Shown: one piece after another, positions 22,201 through 35,121 of the stretch
Layout: each line of letters starts with the position of its first letter
How positions within the stretch are numbered: the first letter of the stretch is position 1
Assembly (NCBI GenBank): GCA_004431415.1
Contig: QPMI01000542.1
Span: 484,373 to 548,372 of the forward strand
Length of the DNA: 64,000 nucleotides
Reading direction: 5' to 3'
Source: Cyanophora paradoxa CCMP329
Taxonomy: Eukaryota; Plantae; Glaucophyta
Translations under genes and position numbers: made by a program
The notes under the pieces: generated by a model
What the model was told of the DNA's origin: nothing
Databases searched by the model: none
The model's input: the letters and a program-made list of their open reading frames with translations, nothing else

Positions 22201-25200
22201 CCGCCCTTCGCCTTTCCCCCATCACGACCTTTGGCCAGCCGCGGGCTGGTACTGCTGCTGGACGCGTACGACGAACTGGAAACGGGGGCCGCCCGCCCGC
22301 CCGCCCTCTGGAGCGGCAACGAGCTCGGCAAGTGGGCCTCCGCCGTTGTCATCACGTGCCGCTCGGCGTACCTCGCCGCCCAGCCCGACTACCCCGTGCG
22401 CGTCCCCTCGGGTCCCGGCAGTCTAGCCCGCCCCGCCGCGCCCTGCGACCGCCCCGCAGTCGCTGTTCGCGCTGGGGGGCGATCGCGGCGCGCTCGAGGA
22501 GATCTGCACCCACCCCTTCGATGCCGGACAGGTGCCCGCCCTTCCAACAGCGGCTGCTCCGGCCCCGTGCTGACCGCCGCCGGCCGTCCTGCAGGTGAAG
22601 GACTACATTCACAAGTACATCGGCCTGTACGGCCCAAGTGCCGCCGAAGGGTTGCGGGACCCGGACTGCACGTGGACCGTGGAGGAGTACGCGGCGCGTA
22701 TCGCGCAGGTCCCTGGCACCGCGACGCTCATCGAGAACCCCTTCACGCTCACGTGCGTCCGATCCGATGATCCATGCTAGCTCGCGCCTGATGATTGCCG
22801 TCGCCTGGGGCGTGCAGTATGGTCGTGAAATCGCTGCCGAAGATCCTGAAGAGCCGGTGAGCCCCTCTAGATCTCTCCGCACGTCAACGCGCCAGTTGTC
22901 TCACTTCAGCATTCCGCAGCGAGGCGGCCCACTCAGAGAACCCGCCGGCCAAGGCCGCCGCAACGTACCTCCTGACGATCCGCGAGCTCTACCAGCAGTT
23001 CGTCGAGGTGCGCCGGGGCGCTGCCGCCCCGTTGGTCATGGGCCGCCGGCCGAATGGCGGCTGACGGCGTTCGTGGGCAGCTGTGGTTCAAGCGGCAGTG
23101 GGAGGAGAAGTTGACATTGAAGGAGACGGGTACGGTTGATGGCACCTTTTCGTAGTCTGCCCGATTGCACCAAATAATTATGATAGAAATGACCATGACG
23201 CCCCGTTTCCAACTTTCACTGATCGAATTCGAAATCTTAAACAATTATTTCTTTGATTTCGTGCTCTGATGCGTACACGTAACGCCGTCGCCAGGCGACA
23301 TGAAGGACTGGACGCTGAGCGATTTCCAGGAGTACTCCCGCGGGTACTGCAAGGACCTCGCCGACGCCATGTTCCGAGTGCGGGCCTCCCGCCCTCTGCA
23401 GCGCTCGCCGCTGATGCCAGGGGCTGTGCCACGATGCAGGCAGCCGTCTCCGAAGTGCTCTGCCCGCCGAAGAAGGCGAAGGGCGCGCAGTACGTTCCTC
23501 GCGGTGCGAAGGCGGCGGATGCGACGGCGGCCGCGCCGGCGGAGGGCGCGCAGGGCGCCGATCGCGACCTCAGGCTCTGCATCGAGCTCCTCACGGACAC
23601 GTCGGACCCCGTCCTCGCCTTCTGCCGCGACAACTGCCCGCTGCGCGTCGCCCGGGCAGCCGACGGTGGCACGGCCGTCCGCTTCCTCCACAAGGCCCGC
23701 CCGCCCCGTGGCGCCATCCCTCGCCCTGACGTCTGCGACAGACGCTCCTGGAGTACTTTGTCGCAGAAGGGGCGTACGCCGAAGGCGCCAACGCGTTCCG
23801 ATCGGTGCGCACGAATCGCCACTCCCGCCAGTGCGTGGCTCGAATGTGCACCCTCGCCGCTTCTCAGGCAATCGAGGGCGAGGCGGCCCCGCAAGAGGAG
23901 CGCGCCCGGCCGCAGGCGAAGCTGCAGGCCCTCCGCCGGGTGCAGTCCATCGCCGACGGCAGCGCCGCCGTCGTGCGGGCGAACCCCAGCCTCCTCCACC
24001 TGCGGTGCGCATGCGAAGTCGACGTCCCCTCACTCCTGTCCTCGCTCCGCTCAGAACTCGTTTTAAAATTTTCCCTGCCAGATTGCTGACGAAGGAGCCG
24101 AAGATCCTCCAGTTCATCGCCGACTGCTGCACCACCGACATCGACTACCGCAACGTGCGCTGCGCCGCTGCAGCTGCGGCTGAGCACATCGCTTGCCTTG
24201 AAATCGGACACCTGCGCAGAATCTGCTGGAGCTGATCGAGAGGAGCCGCCGCGAAGACGCCACGCCGGGAGACATCACCGCCTCGGCCAACGCCATGACG
24301 ATCCTGAACCGCGGTGAAGTCTGCCTGCTTGCGATCGCGACGCAATTGACACTGCCCGCAGCCGGTTACAGCTTTGCAGGCAGCAGCCTTCGACGCGTGC
24401 GGGTGCCTGGGGCAGACCTGCAGCGGCTGGAAGCGGTGGAGGCGGACCTGCGCGGGGCGGACCTCACGGGCTGCAGCCTCCTCGACGCGAATCTCGCCAG
24501 GGCGGACCTCCGCGGGGCAGTGCTCACCGACTGCAGCGTCACCCTCAACCCAGCGCTAAGAGGGCATGAAGGTTTTGTGAGGGCTGTTGCCATAACTCGG
24601 GTGCGCTGCTAAAACGATATCGATGAACGGCTCGGGCCCGAGGCTGATCGCGGGGGCCTCGGGGGCCTCTCGGCGGGCCGCAGGACGGGAAGCGCGCCGT
24701 GTCGGGGAGCGCCGACAAGACGCTGCGGGTGTGGGACCTGGAGAGCGGGGCGGAGCTGCGGCGCTTCGCGGGACACGAAATCGGGGTCACCTCCGTGGCG
24801 ATCTCGCCAGTGCGCAGGGGGCGGGACGGGGCTCGGGGTCTGAGGCTGATCGCGGGGGCCTCGGGGGCCCCGCGGCGGGCCGCAGGACGGGAAGCGCGCC
24901 GTGTCGGGGAGCGCCGACAAGACGCTGCGGGTGTGGGACCTGGAGAGCGGGGAGGAGCTGCGGCGCCTCGCGGGCCACGAGGGCCAAGTAAACTCGGTGG
25001 CAATCTCGCTGGTGCGCGGGGGGCGGGCCGGGGTTCGGGGTCTGAGGCTGATTTGGAGAGCCTCGGTGGCCTCTCGGCGGGCCGCAGGACGGGAAGCGCG
25101 CCGTGTCGGGGAGCGACGACAAGACACTCCGGGTGTGGGACCTGGAGAGCGGGGCGGAGCTGCGGCGCCTCGCGGGCCACGAGAAGGCAGTCCACTCAGT

Positions 25201-28200
25201 GGCGATCTTGCCGGTGCACGGGAGCGGGTCGATGCTGGCCATCGGGGGCTGAGGCTGATCATGAGCGCCTCGGGGCCCTCTTGGCGGGCCGCAGGACGGG
25301 AAGCGCGCCGTGTCGGGAGGCGCCGACCAGACGCTGCGGGTGTGGGACCTGGAGAGCGGGGCAGAGCTGCGGCGCCTCGCGGGCCACAATGACTCAGTCA
25401 CCTCGGTGGCGATCTCGCCGGTACACGGGGGGCGGGCTGGGGCTCGGGGTCGGAGGCTGATCGCGGGGCCTCCGGGGCCTCTCGCGATCGGCGGGCCGCA
25501 GGACGGGAAGCGCGCCGTGTCGGGGAGTTTCGACGAGACGCTGCGGGTGTGGGACCTGGAGAGCGGGGCGGAGCTGCGGCGCCTCGGAATCGCCGTCCAA
25601 GGTTACCTTGCAGCGGTCTGGTCGGTGGCTATTTCGCCAGTGCGTGGGGGGCGGGCCGAGGCTCGGGGCCGAACGCTGACGATCGGGACCTCGGGGGCCT
25701 CCCGGCGGGCTGCAGGACGGGAAGCTCGCCGTGTCAGGGAGCAACGACAACACGCTGCGGGTGTGGGACCTTGAGAGCGGGGCGGAGCTGCGGCGCCTCC
25801 CGGGCCACGGGCGTTTGGTATTCTCAGTGGCGATCTCGCCGGTGGGCGAGGGGCGCGCAGGGGCTCGGGGTCGGAGGCTGATCATGGGGGCCTCCGGGGC
25901 CTCTCGCGATTGGCGGGCCGCAGGACGGGAAGCGCGCCGTGTCGGGGAGTTTCGACGAGACGCTGCGGGTGTGGGACCTGGAGAGCGGGGCGGAGCTGCG
26001 GCGCCTCGCGGGCCACGAGGCCGAAGTAAACTCGGTGGCAATCTCGCTGGTGCACGGGGGGCGGGCCGGGGCTCGGGGTCTGGGGCTGATCGCGGGGGCT
26101 TCGGGGGCCTCTCGCGATCGGCGGGCCGCAGGACGGGAAGCGCGCCGTGTCGGGGAGCGGTGACAACACTCTGCGGGTGTGGGACCTGGAGAGCGGGGCG
26201 GAGCTGCGGCGCCTCGCGGGCCACGAAAGTGGGGTCACCTCGGTGGCGATCTCGCCGGTGCGCGGGGGGCGGGCTGGGTCTGGGGGTCTCAGGCTGATCG
26301 CGTGGGCCTCCGGGCCTCTCGGCGGGCCGCAGGACGGGAAGCGCGCGGTGTCGGGGAGCGAAGACAACACGCTGCGGGTGTGGGACCTGGAGAGCGGGGC
26401 GGAGCTGCGGCGCCTCGCCGGCCACGATGGCTGGGTCACCTCGGTGGCAATCTCAGCCGTGCGTGGGGAGAGGGCTGGGGCTTGGGGTCTGACGTTGAGC
26501 ATGGGGGCCTCGGGGGCCCCTCGGCGGGCCGCAGGACGGGAAGCGTGCCGTATCAGGGAGCCACTACAAGACGCTGCGGGTGTGGGACCTGGAGAGCGGG
26601 ATGCGTACGAAGCTGCGGTGCCTAGGGGGCCACGAGGATCAGCTCACCTCGGTGGCAATCTCGCCGGTTTGCGGGAACCGCGCCTGGGCTTACGGTGTGA
26701 GGCTGATTGTGGGAGCCTTGGGGGCCTCTCGGCGGGCCGCAGGACGGGAAGCGCGCCGTGTCGGGGAGCAGGGACAGGACGATGCGGGTGTGGGACCTGG
26801 AGAGCGGGGTGGAGTTGCGGCACCTCAAAGGCCACAAATTCTGGGCCCAGTCGGTGGCGATCTCGCTGGTGCGCGGGGAGTGGGCCGAGGCTCGGAGTCT
26901 CAGGCTGATCGCGTGGGCCTCTGGGGTCTCTCGGCGGGCCGCAGGACGGGAAGCGCGCCGTGTCGGGAGGCGCCGACCAGACGCTGCGGGTGTGGGACCT
27001 GGAGGGCGGGGCGGAGTTGCGGTGCCTCGCGGGCCACAAGGAAACGGTCACATCGGTGGCGATTTCGCCGGTTTGCAGGGGCCGCGCCAGGGCTTCGGGC
27101 CTGAGGCTGATTTGGAGAGCCTCGGTGGCCTCTCGGCGGGCCGCAGGACGGGAAGTTCGCCGTGTCAGGGGGCGACGACAAGACGCTGCGGGTGTGGGAT
27201 CTGGAGAGTGGGGCGGAGTTGCGGTGCCTCGCGGGCCACGAGCACGAGGTCAAGTCGGTGGCAACTTCGCTGGTGCGCGGGGGGCGGGCCGGGGCTCGGG
27301 GTCTGAGGCTGATCGCCGGGGCCTCGGGGGCCTCTCGGCGGGCCGCAGGACGGGAAGCGCGCCGTGTCGGGGAGCCACGACAACATGCTGCGGGTGTGGG
27401 ACCTGTCGAGCGGGGCGGAGCTTGCGAGAACGGAGTTCCCTAGGCCAAGTACTTATGATCAAGTCGAATTCAAACTTGTCTTTTCAAAGGTAAGTTTCTT
27501 CGTTCACGCATATGCGCGGTTCACTCAATGTCTCGCTTTCTCACATCGAGCGTTTATAGGATGCAGCGGCGCTTCGCATCCACTCTCGAACAGGAGAGGG
27601 GGCGGCGTACGTGTGGCGCTGGCAGTCGGCAGTGCTGACCAGGGTGGACAAGGAGCAGGGGCTGCAATCCGAGGAGTCGGGTGGATCGGAGTGGGCAGAG
27701 AGAGAGAATGGAGATCGTGAACCCACGGCTTCTTCGATCGCAGTTGCCGAGGTGCCTCGTCTGAAGATATCGACGTGTTCTGGCTGTTCCCCTACTTAGA
27801 CTGCTCCTCGGGCAGGGCGCGCTGGGCGGGCGGGGCCTGATCGCCGTCGGTCGCCCCGACGGGACCATCACGGTGTCGACTCTCCCCGTGCACATGCACC
27901 CCTGCTATGCTGCCGCCTGCCCGCCTGCCCCCCCGCAGTGCCGCTGACCGCCCGCCTGCCCCCCCGGCCCGCAGCACGTGTTCTGTGCCAGGCGCATTGG
28001 CACGAATCGCGCACAGGAGTTCCGCGGCTGCAAGGTGCGCGTGCAACCCTCAGACTTACCCTCAGGACGCCCTCGTGACCACGCGCGGCGGCAGTACGAC
28101 GGGGCGACGGTGATGTCGGGGAAGCTCGCGCTGCTGCTGGAGCAGGAGGGCGGCGTGCGGCTCGAGGCGGGCGAGGGCGGGGCCGGCGAGGGGGGCGGGG

Positions 28201-28250
28201 AGGGGCCCGAGCCCGCCGTGCGCCTGTGGCTCCCAGTGAAGGACGAGTGA
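19261..28250 (+). CDS. NLR-like STAND protein 2: acylation motif - helical (ARM-like) domain - NACHT-like NTPase - pentapeptide repeats - 14 WD40 exons plus one divergent exon
   Basis: MGCGAS start; helical N-terminus with ASFARQAL..DPLQNALGR and KKCW|YRRARL; GEPGSSKST (21947-21973); LLLDAYDEL; pentapeptides; TGA 28248-28250. Confidence 0.87.
24684..27489 (+). repeat. Array of 14 single-WD40 exon+intron cassettes
   Basis: Exon starts at 24684, 24886, 25088, 25295, 25502, 25716, 25924, 26132, 26333, 26535, 26743, 26945, 27147, 27349. Confidence 0.92.
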
Positions 28251-28721
28251 CCGCAGCGTTGTTCCTTGTTGGTCATGAGGTCTGTATATGTACACGTCGC
28301 TTTTCTGTCGACGTCGCACGTTTCGTACGATCGTTGCGTCGGCATCGCGATCGTGCGATCGTTGTGCGCACGTGTACATGTTCGATGTCTGTCGGCGTCT
28401 GGCTTTCGAAGAAGCATGCGCGTGCGATTGCAAGTAGGCGGCCTGCACAAGTAGAGCGCCTATAACTAGCTATATATAGCAGATGCATGCTTTAATTTGA
28501 AGCCGAGCGCCTCTTGCAGTACTAGTAGTCGGCGGGCGCAGCTGGAATCACCCCACGCGTACACCATCTAGCTCCAAGAGCTCATGAGGCCAGGGCCAGG
28601 GGCCGGCCCGGCCCTGTTCCCCTCTGCCATGGGATATAGATCTACTCACGGATCCCCCGGGGGCGGCAAGAAGTTCCTTTGAATTCGTATATACACGCGG
28701 AGCTGCGGGGCGGGCCGGCGG

Positions 28722-31700
28722 CTAGTCGCAGTCGCTCGCCTCGTCCTCCGAGTCGGCGACCTTCGCCCGCCGCGCCGCCCCCGCCCTGCGCCCGCCCCTC
28801 AGCCTCCGCCCGGCCCGGTTGGAAGGGAGGGGGGGGCCCGCGCACCGCCCCCGGGCCTTGCCGGCGGCCGCGGGGCCCGCCGCCGCCGCCGCCGTGCGGT
28901 TCCGCGGCTTCAGCACCGGCGCCTCCTCCTGCTCCTCCTCCTCCTCGTCGCTCGCGGGCTTGGCCTTGGCCTTGCCCCGCGCCGCCGCCGCGCGCCGCCG
29001 CGGCGCCGGCGCCTCGTCGAGCTCCATCGCGTCGCCGCTCGCCTCCTCCTCGCCCGACGAGGGCGCCGCCGCCTTCTTCCGCCCGCCCCCGCGCCCCTTG
29101 CCCTTCGCCGCCGCCTTCGGCCCGCGGCCCTTTGCCGGCGTCTTCGAGACCTGCGGCGCGACGCCGAGTCGGGCGCGGCCGCAAGGGCTGGGCGGGCGGG
29201 TGGGCGCGGGGGCGGGGCGGGCCTTGCCGCGGGCCTTGGGCGCGGCGCCGGCGCCGTCGTCGTCGCTCGCCTCGTTCGCGTTGCTCGTCTTGCGGCCCGC
29301 GTTCTCCTTGTCCTCTGCGGCGGCGGCGGCACGGCCGGGCCGGCTCGGCCTGGGGCGGTGCGCCGGAGTGAGGGGGGGGCCGGGGCCGGGGTGCGCACCC
29401 TCGGCGTCGCTGCCGGCCCTGGCTGGCGCCTTCCGCCCACGACGGCCCTTCGTCGCGTTCGTCGCCTTCTCGACCGTCTGCGGGCGCCGGCGCCTCAGCC
29501 GAAAGCAGGCCGGCCGGGAGTCGAGCCCGGGCCGCGCGGACCTCGCGGTCCTCGACGCCCTGCTGGTGGGCGGCGTTCATCTTCGCCTCGAGCTCCTCCG
29601 CCGCCTGCTTCGTCTCCGCCTTCGTCGACCGCTTCGCCTGCGGAGGAGGCGGCGCCGAGCTGCGTCGGCCGGGCGCAGCGGGCGGCGGGGGCGGGGGTGG
29701 TGGGGGACCTTGGCGATGGTGCCGACGAAGCAGTCGTAGACGTCCTTGTCGCCCAGGGCCGGCGCGTAGAGCGGGAAGAGGTCGCCGAGCTTCTTCGCGC
29801 TCTTGTCGTTGCACGGGAGCTGCGGCCCCGCAGCACGCGCGTGAGGAGGGCGGAGGAAGGGCGGGGCGGGGCGGGGCGGGGCGGGGCGGGGCGGGGCGGG
29901 GCGGGGCGGGCCTGGGAGATGCAGAAGGCGATGTTGCGCCAGACGTGGGGCTCCTGCGTGCCGGGGAAGCGGTGGCAGAGCTTCTCGTGCAGCGACTCGA
30001 TCTGCCGCTCCAGCGTGACAAAGGGCAGCAGGACCTGCATCGGGGCGCGCTCAGCCGCGGCTCGGTCGGGGGAGGGAAAGGGAGAGGGGGGCGGGGGCGC
30101 CTTCATGACGGCCTGGAAGGAGGAGGCGGAGACGGCGGGGTCGACGGAGAGGCGCGAGATGACGTCCGGCAGGATGTTGTAGATCGGGTTGTTTGCTGCG
30201 CCGCCGCCCACCCGCCCGCTCGATGCCCGTCTGGTGCGGGCGGGCGGGGGGCGCGCGCACATTTCTTGGAGAGCTCCTGGAAGAAGAGGTGGGCGAGGTC
30301 CTTGATGCGCGGCTCGCCGTCCACCAGGCACAGCGCCATCTCCCCGATGTTCCCCTTGACCTGGAGAAGGAGGAGGAGGCTTCGGTGAGCTCGGAGAAGC
30401 TTAAAGTGGGCGGGGCGGGGCAGGGCGGGGAGGGCGGCGGGCGCGCGCCTTGACCATGTCGTTGAGGACGAGGTGGGAGAGGACCATGAGCGTGTTCTTG
30501 CGCACCGTCGTGTCCTCGTCGCGCAGCCGCGCGTACACGTGCTCCGTCCACGGATCCACCTGCGTCAGAGCGTCAGGCCTCGGCGCAGAACTTCGTTTTC
30601 TTGGACCAGGGGGGGGGGGGGGGCGGACCTGGTTGGGGAAGCGGAAGGCGATGTCGCCGAGGGAGATGACGATGTTCGAGCGGACGCCGGCCTCGGGCGC
30701 CGCCTTCAGCACCGAGAAGAGCAGCTGCAGGTGCGCCTCGCTGCGCGCGGCGCGGAGCGCGCTCAGGCGGCGCCGGGCGGGGCGGGCGGGCGGGGCGGGC
30801 GGGCGGGGATCGGATGGGCGGGGCGCACCAGAACTCGGAGCTGACGCACATGAGCTTGCAGAGGGCGAGCACCGCCGAGGCCTTCAGCGCCGGGTCCTGG
30901 GGGGCGGCCGCGTCAGTCAGAAGGGTCCGAGCAGGGGAGGGGAGAGGGGCCGGCGGGGCGGGGCGGGGCGCACCGAGTAGCGGCGTGGCTGCTCGCAGAC
31001 GCGGGCGACGAGGGGCCCGAAGGCGCCCAGGAGCGAGTCGCCCAGCAGCTGCCGCTCCGTCATCTCCCGCAGCGCCTCCTCCTCCGCGTCCGCCGCCGCC
31101 GCGCTGATCCCCAGCTCCTCGTCCAGGTCGTTGCCCGCCGCGCTCTTCCGCCCGCTCTTGCGCGGCTTCGCGCCGCCCTCGGCGCCCCCCTCCTCCGCGT
31201 CCTCCTCCTCCTCGCCCGCCTTCTTCTTGCCCTTCCTCTTCTCCTTCTCCTTCGCCGCCGCCGCGTCCTTCTCCTTGGCCGCCTTCAGCGCCGTCGCTGC
31301 GAGGCGGGGAGCGTCAGCCTCGGAATGAGATCTCAAGGAGAAGGAAAGGGGGCGCGCCCTTGTCGGCGGCCTCCTGCTGTGTGAGGAGCTCGATCTGGGC
31401 GCGGCGCCGCTTGATGAGCGCGGCGACCTCCTCCATGTAGACGACGTGCTTGAGCGCCACGTGCCCCACGACGAAGAAGAGCCGCGCAAGCTGCCCCGGC
31501 GTCGCCTCCCCGGGCGCCGCAGCCGCCGCCTCCGCCGGAGCCGGCGCCGGCGCCTCGGCGTCGGCCGCCATCGCGTCGCCGCCTTCGGCGCCGCCGCCGC
31601 TGCTGCTGCTGCTGCCGGAGCTCCCGCGGCCCGATGCGGCGTCCGAGCCGGAGGCGGATGACGAGGAGGAGGAGGAGCCGTCGCCGAAGACGCGGCGGGC

Positions 31701-34700
31701 GAGGCGGCGGAGGAGCTCCGCGCAGAGCTCCTCGGGCCGCAGGCACAGCGCGTACACCGCGTTGATCGCCTGCGAAGGGTGCGGCCCGTCAGCTCACTGC
31801 GACCAACAGAGCCAGGAACGGGGGGGCGGGCCTGCTCGGCGGCGGGGAACCAGCTGGCGTCGTTGAGGCCCTCGCCCTCGATGATGCGCGCGAGCTTGCG
31901 GAAGATGGCGTGCCCGGGCTTCAGCTTCGCCTCCAGCGCCCGCTTCAGGTCTTCGGGCCCCTCGGTCAGAGCGGGCAGGCGCCGGGGCGGGCCGCGGGGC
32001 GCGGGGCGGGGCGCACCGGGGAACTCGCGCTTGGCGAGCTTCTGGAGGGCCACACACGTGTAGCGGGCGACGAGCTCGTCGTCCTGGAGGCGGCAAGGGC
32101 GCGGGGGGGCGGCGGTCGGCGCGGAGGGGAGAAGATCTAAAGGGCGGACGGGCGGGGCGCACGCGGCAGCGGGGGCCGAAGCCGACGGAGATGAGGGTCT
32201 GGACGTTGGCGTGGATGATCTCGGGGCGGGCGTTGCCCGCGAAGCAGAGGACCATGAGCGCCCCGCGCGCGTTCTCCTTCTTCACGTTCGGGATCCGGTG
32301 CGCTGCGGGCGGCCGATCAGCGCGCGCCGGATCCCAGAGAGGAGTTAAGCAGAAGAAGAAGAAGGAGTTAAAAGAAGTTAGAAGTTAGCAAAGAGGAGTT
32401 AAACAGACGCACAGAAAAAGTCCCAGAGGGCGGCGATGACGGAGGCGGGGAGGTCGCCGGCGCGCGTCAGGCACGCGACGAGCTCCTCGAGGGACGTCAG
32501 CTCGCCGAGGTTCGCCTGCACGGCGAGCCGCACGAGCCCGTGCGCGACCGCCTGCGCGAAGCGGGCCTCGCGCTGGTCGGCGGAGAGGTGCGGCGCGTCG
32601 GGGAGGATCGGCTGCAGGTAGATGCGCTTGAAGGCGTCCAGCACGCGGGTCGAGATGTCGCCCTCCTTGCTCCAGACGAGCAGGAGCATGCGGCGGATGC
32701 CCTCCTCGGCCGCGTCCAGCTGCAGCGCGTGCGCCTTGACGAGGAAGTCGACCGCCTCCGTGACGTCGCCGGCCGTGCGGGAGCCGAGCAGCTGGCAGAT
32801 GCCGGGCATCGCCTCGCCCAGCTCCTTGACCAGGTCCCGCGCCGTCGCCTCGCGCTCCAGCTCCGCCCGCAGCTTCGTCAGCCGCTCCGACGTCAGCTCC
32901 TCGTCCGCCACCGTCGCCTCCACCTCGACCCCGGCTTCGGCCTCGGCCTCCGCCTCCGCCTCGGCGGCTGCGTCGCCGCCCTCAGCGTCCATCCCGTCCT
33001 CCTTCTCCGCCGCCTCCGCGCCGGCGCCGGCGCCGGCACCGGCGCCGGCCGCACGGCCCGCCACGCCGGCCCGCGCCGCGGCGCTGGCGCCCGCGGCCGC
33101 ACGGAGCGCCTCGAGCTGCGGGGCCGGTGAGCGGGCGCGGGCGGGCAGCCGGCTTCGCGGGGCAGACCTCGGCGTCGACGGCGGCCTGGAGGCGGGCGAC
33201 GTCGGCCTCGATGGGGGCCAGGCGGAGCGAGGGGCGGAAGGGGTTGTGCTCCAGCAGCGTCCCGAGCAGCTGCACGGCGCTCTTGCGGACGATGGCGCTC
33301 TTGTCCTCGAGCCGCCGCGCCGCCACCGCGGCCACCGTGCGGAACTCCGTGGGGAGGAGCACGCGCTTCTCGGCGCAGGTGTTCTCGACGAGGTAGGTCC
33401 AGGCCTGGAGGACGCGGCCGCGCGTGTAGGCCGAGACGTCGCGCGCCCGGGCGCGCAGCATCTCGATGAAGGAGGCGCGCGTCTTCTCCCGCATCTCGCT
33501 CTCCGGCAGCGTGGCGAGGTAGTCCAGGCACCGCGCCGCCACCGCCACCACCGCGTTGCGCATGTGGTAGCTCTGTCGGCGGGGGAGAGTCAGGCGGGGC
33601 GGGGAGGGCGAGAGCGGCGCGGCTCGCCTCGCCGGAGATGAGGGGGTACACGTGGCGCATCTGCGTGAGGGCGTCCGCGGGGGCGCGGTCGCCCAGCTCC
33701 GTGAGGAACGTGCAGAAGGACTTGGCGCCCTCGTTGTCCCGCGCCAGGTCCTTGTGGTCCAGCCGCCCGATCTCCCTGCCGGGCCCGCCGCTCGGGGGGA
33801 GGGGGGTGGAGGTGGGGGAGGATGGGGAGGGGGGTACGCGTACACGAGGACGAGCTCGAGGAAGGACTTGCGGGCGGGGGAGCCCTCCGGGAAGCAGCAG
33901 ACGAGCTCGGCGCCGTGGAGGCCCATCGCCTCGGAGCGGCGGATGCTGTTCACGAGCGTCGTCGCCGCCTCCGTCGCGCAGTTGCTCTCCTTGTAGCGCA
34001 GCACGGGGGCCGCGACGAGGCGGCACACGCGCTGCCGGACCTCCCGCAGGTGCGCGCCGACCGCCTTCTCGAGGATCGCGAAGGCGGCGCGGAGGTGCAG
34101 GCTCAGGAACTCGGCCTCCGGGGCCGAGGCGCCCCAGAGGCCGGCGACCTCGCCGTCGTTCTCGAAGGTCAGCGTCAGGCTGTGCACGATCTGGAAGCGG
34201 CACTCCTCCCAGTTGAAGTCCGCGTCCGACGCCGGCTTCTTCGACTGCGGCGCAAGCGCACGGGGCAGAGATGAGCGGCGAAGCTGGGCGGGCGGGCGGG
34301 CGCTGGGCAAGGCCGGGGCGCGGACCCGGCCCTTGCCGCGGCCCTTGCCGGTGGCGGCGGCCTGCGCGGACTCCTGCGCCTTCGCCGAGGCGAAGTTCTT
34401 CTCCTCCACGTCGGCGATCCATCCCAGCAGGAACGAGTACATCTTCAGCGCGTTCCGCGTCCGCGACCGCGCGCTCTGCTCCTCGCTGTCGCCGGCGTCG
34501 CGGCGGAAGTGCACGATGCCCGCCTGCACGACGCCGAGACGGTTGCACAGCGTGATGATGATGCGCCGCTTGAGGCCCGAGCTGCAGTTCGGGAACGTCC
34601 TGCGGCGGCGCAGCTCAGGAGCTCCTCGGGTTAGCTGTGTCCGCGGGCGCGCACTTCACGAAGCTGTAGAGCACGTCGAAGTTTGAGTGGTCAAGGATCT

Positions 34701-34917
34701 CCTCGGCATCTCCGCCGATCCTCTCGAAGACGGCTGCCCGCGGGTCAGCAGACGAACGCTGCGACCGAGGGCGGGCGGGCGGACCATCGAGCAGCTCCGC
34801 GGCATCGGACTCGCCGATGGCTTCTATGTCCTGTAGCTGCTCTACAACAAAGCGGTCGTCGTCCGCGGCCCGCTCCAAGTCCTCGGGGTGCAGCGGGAGC
34901 ACGAACTCGCAGTCCAT
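28722..34917 (-). CDS. NCAPD2: Condensin I subunit CAP-D2 / Cnd1 / Ycs4, full length, multi-exon
   Basis: Start MDCEFVLPL; NALKMYSFLL; RARDVSAYTRGRVLQ; RLEDKSAIVRKSAVQLL; GIRRMLLLVWSKE; LALCKLMCVSSEFC; LNDMVK|VKG; YNILPD. Confidence 0.93.
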
Positions 34918-35121
34918 GGCTAGCCGCTGCAGACTACGGGTTCCAGGTGCTTCCTAGCTCTTAGCTGCGACGCGCTGCCGGTCCGTTGAAGCGCCGGTGG
35001 CGTAGTTTTCGAACTAGCCGCTTGCTGCCGTTCGACTCGCGTTCGCGTACCCGGGGCGGATTGTTCGTCGTACCCCGGAAGCAGATCAGCCCGCGATCTA
35101 CAAGCAGCAGCTGTTCGTGAC

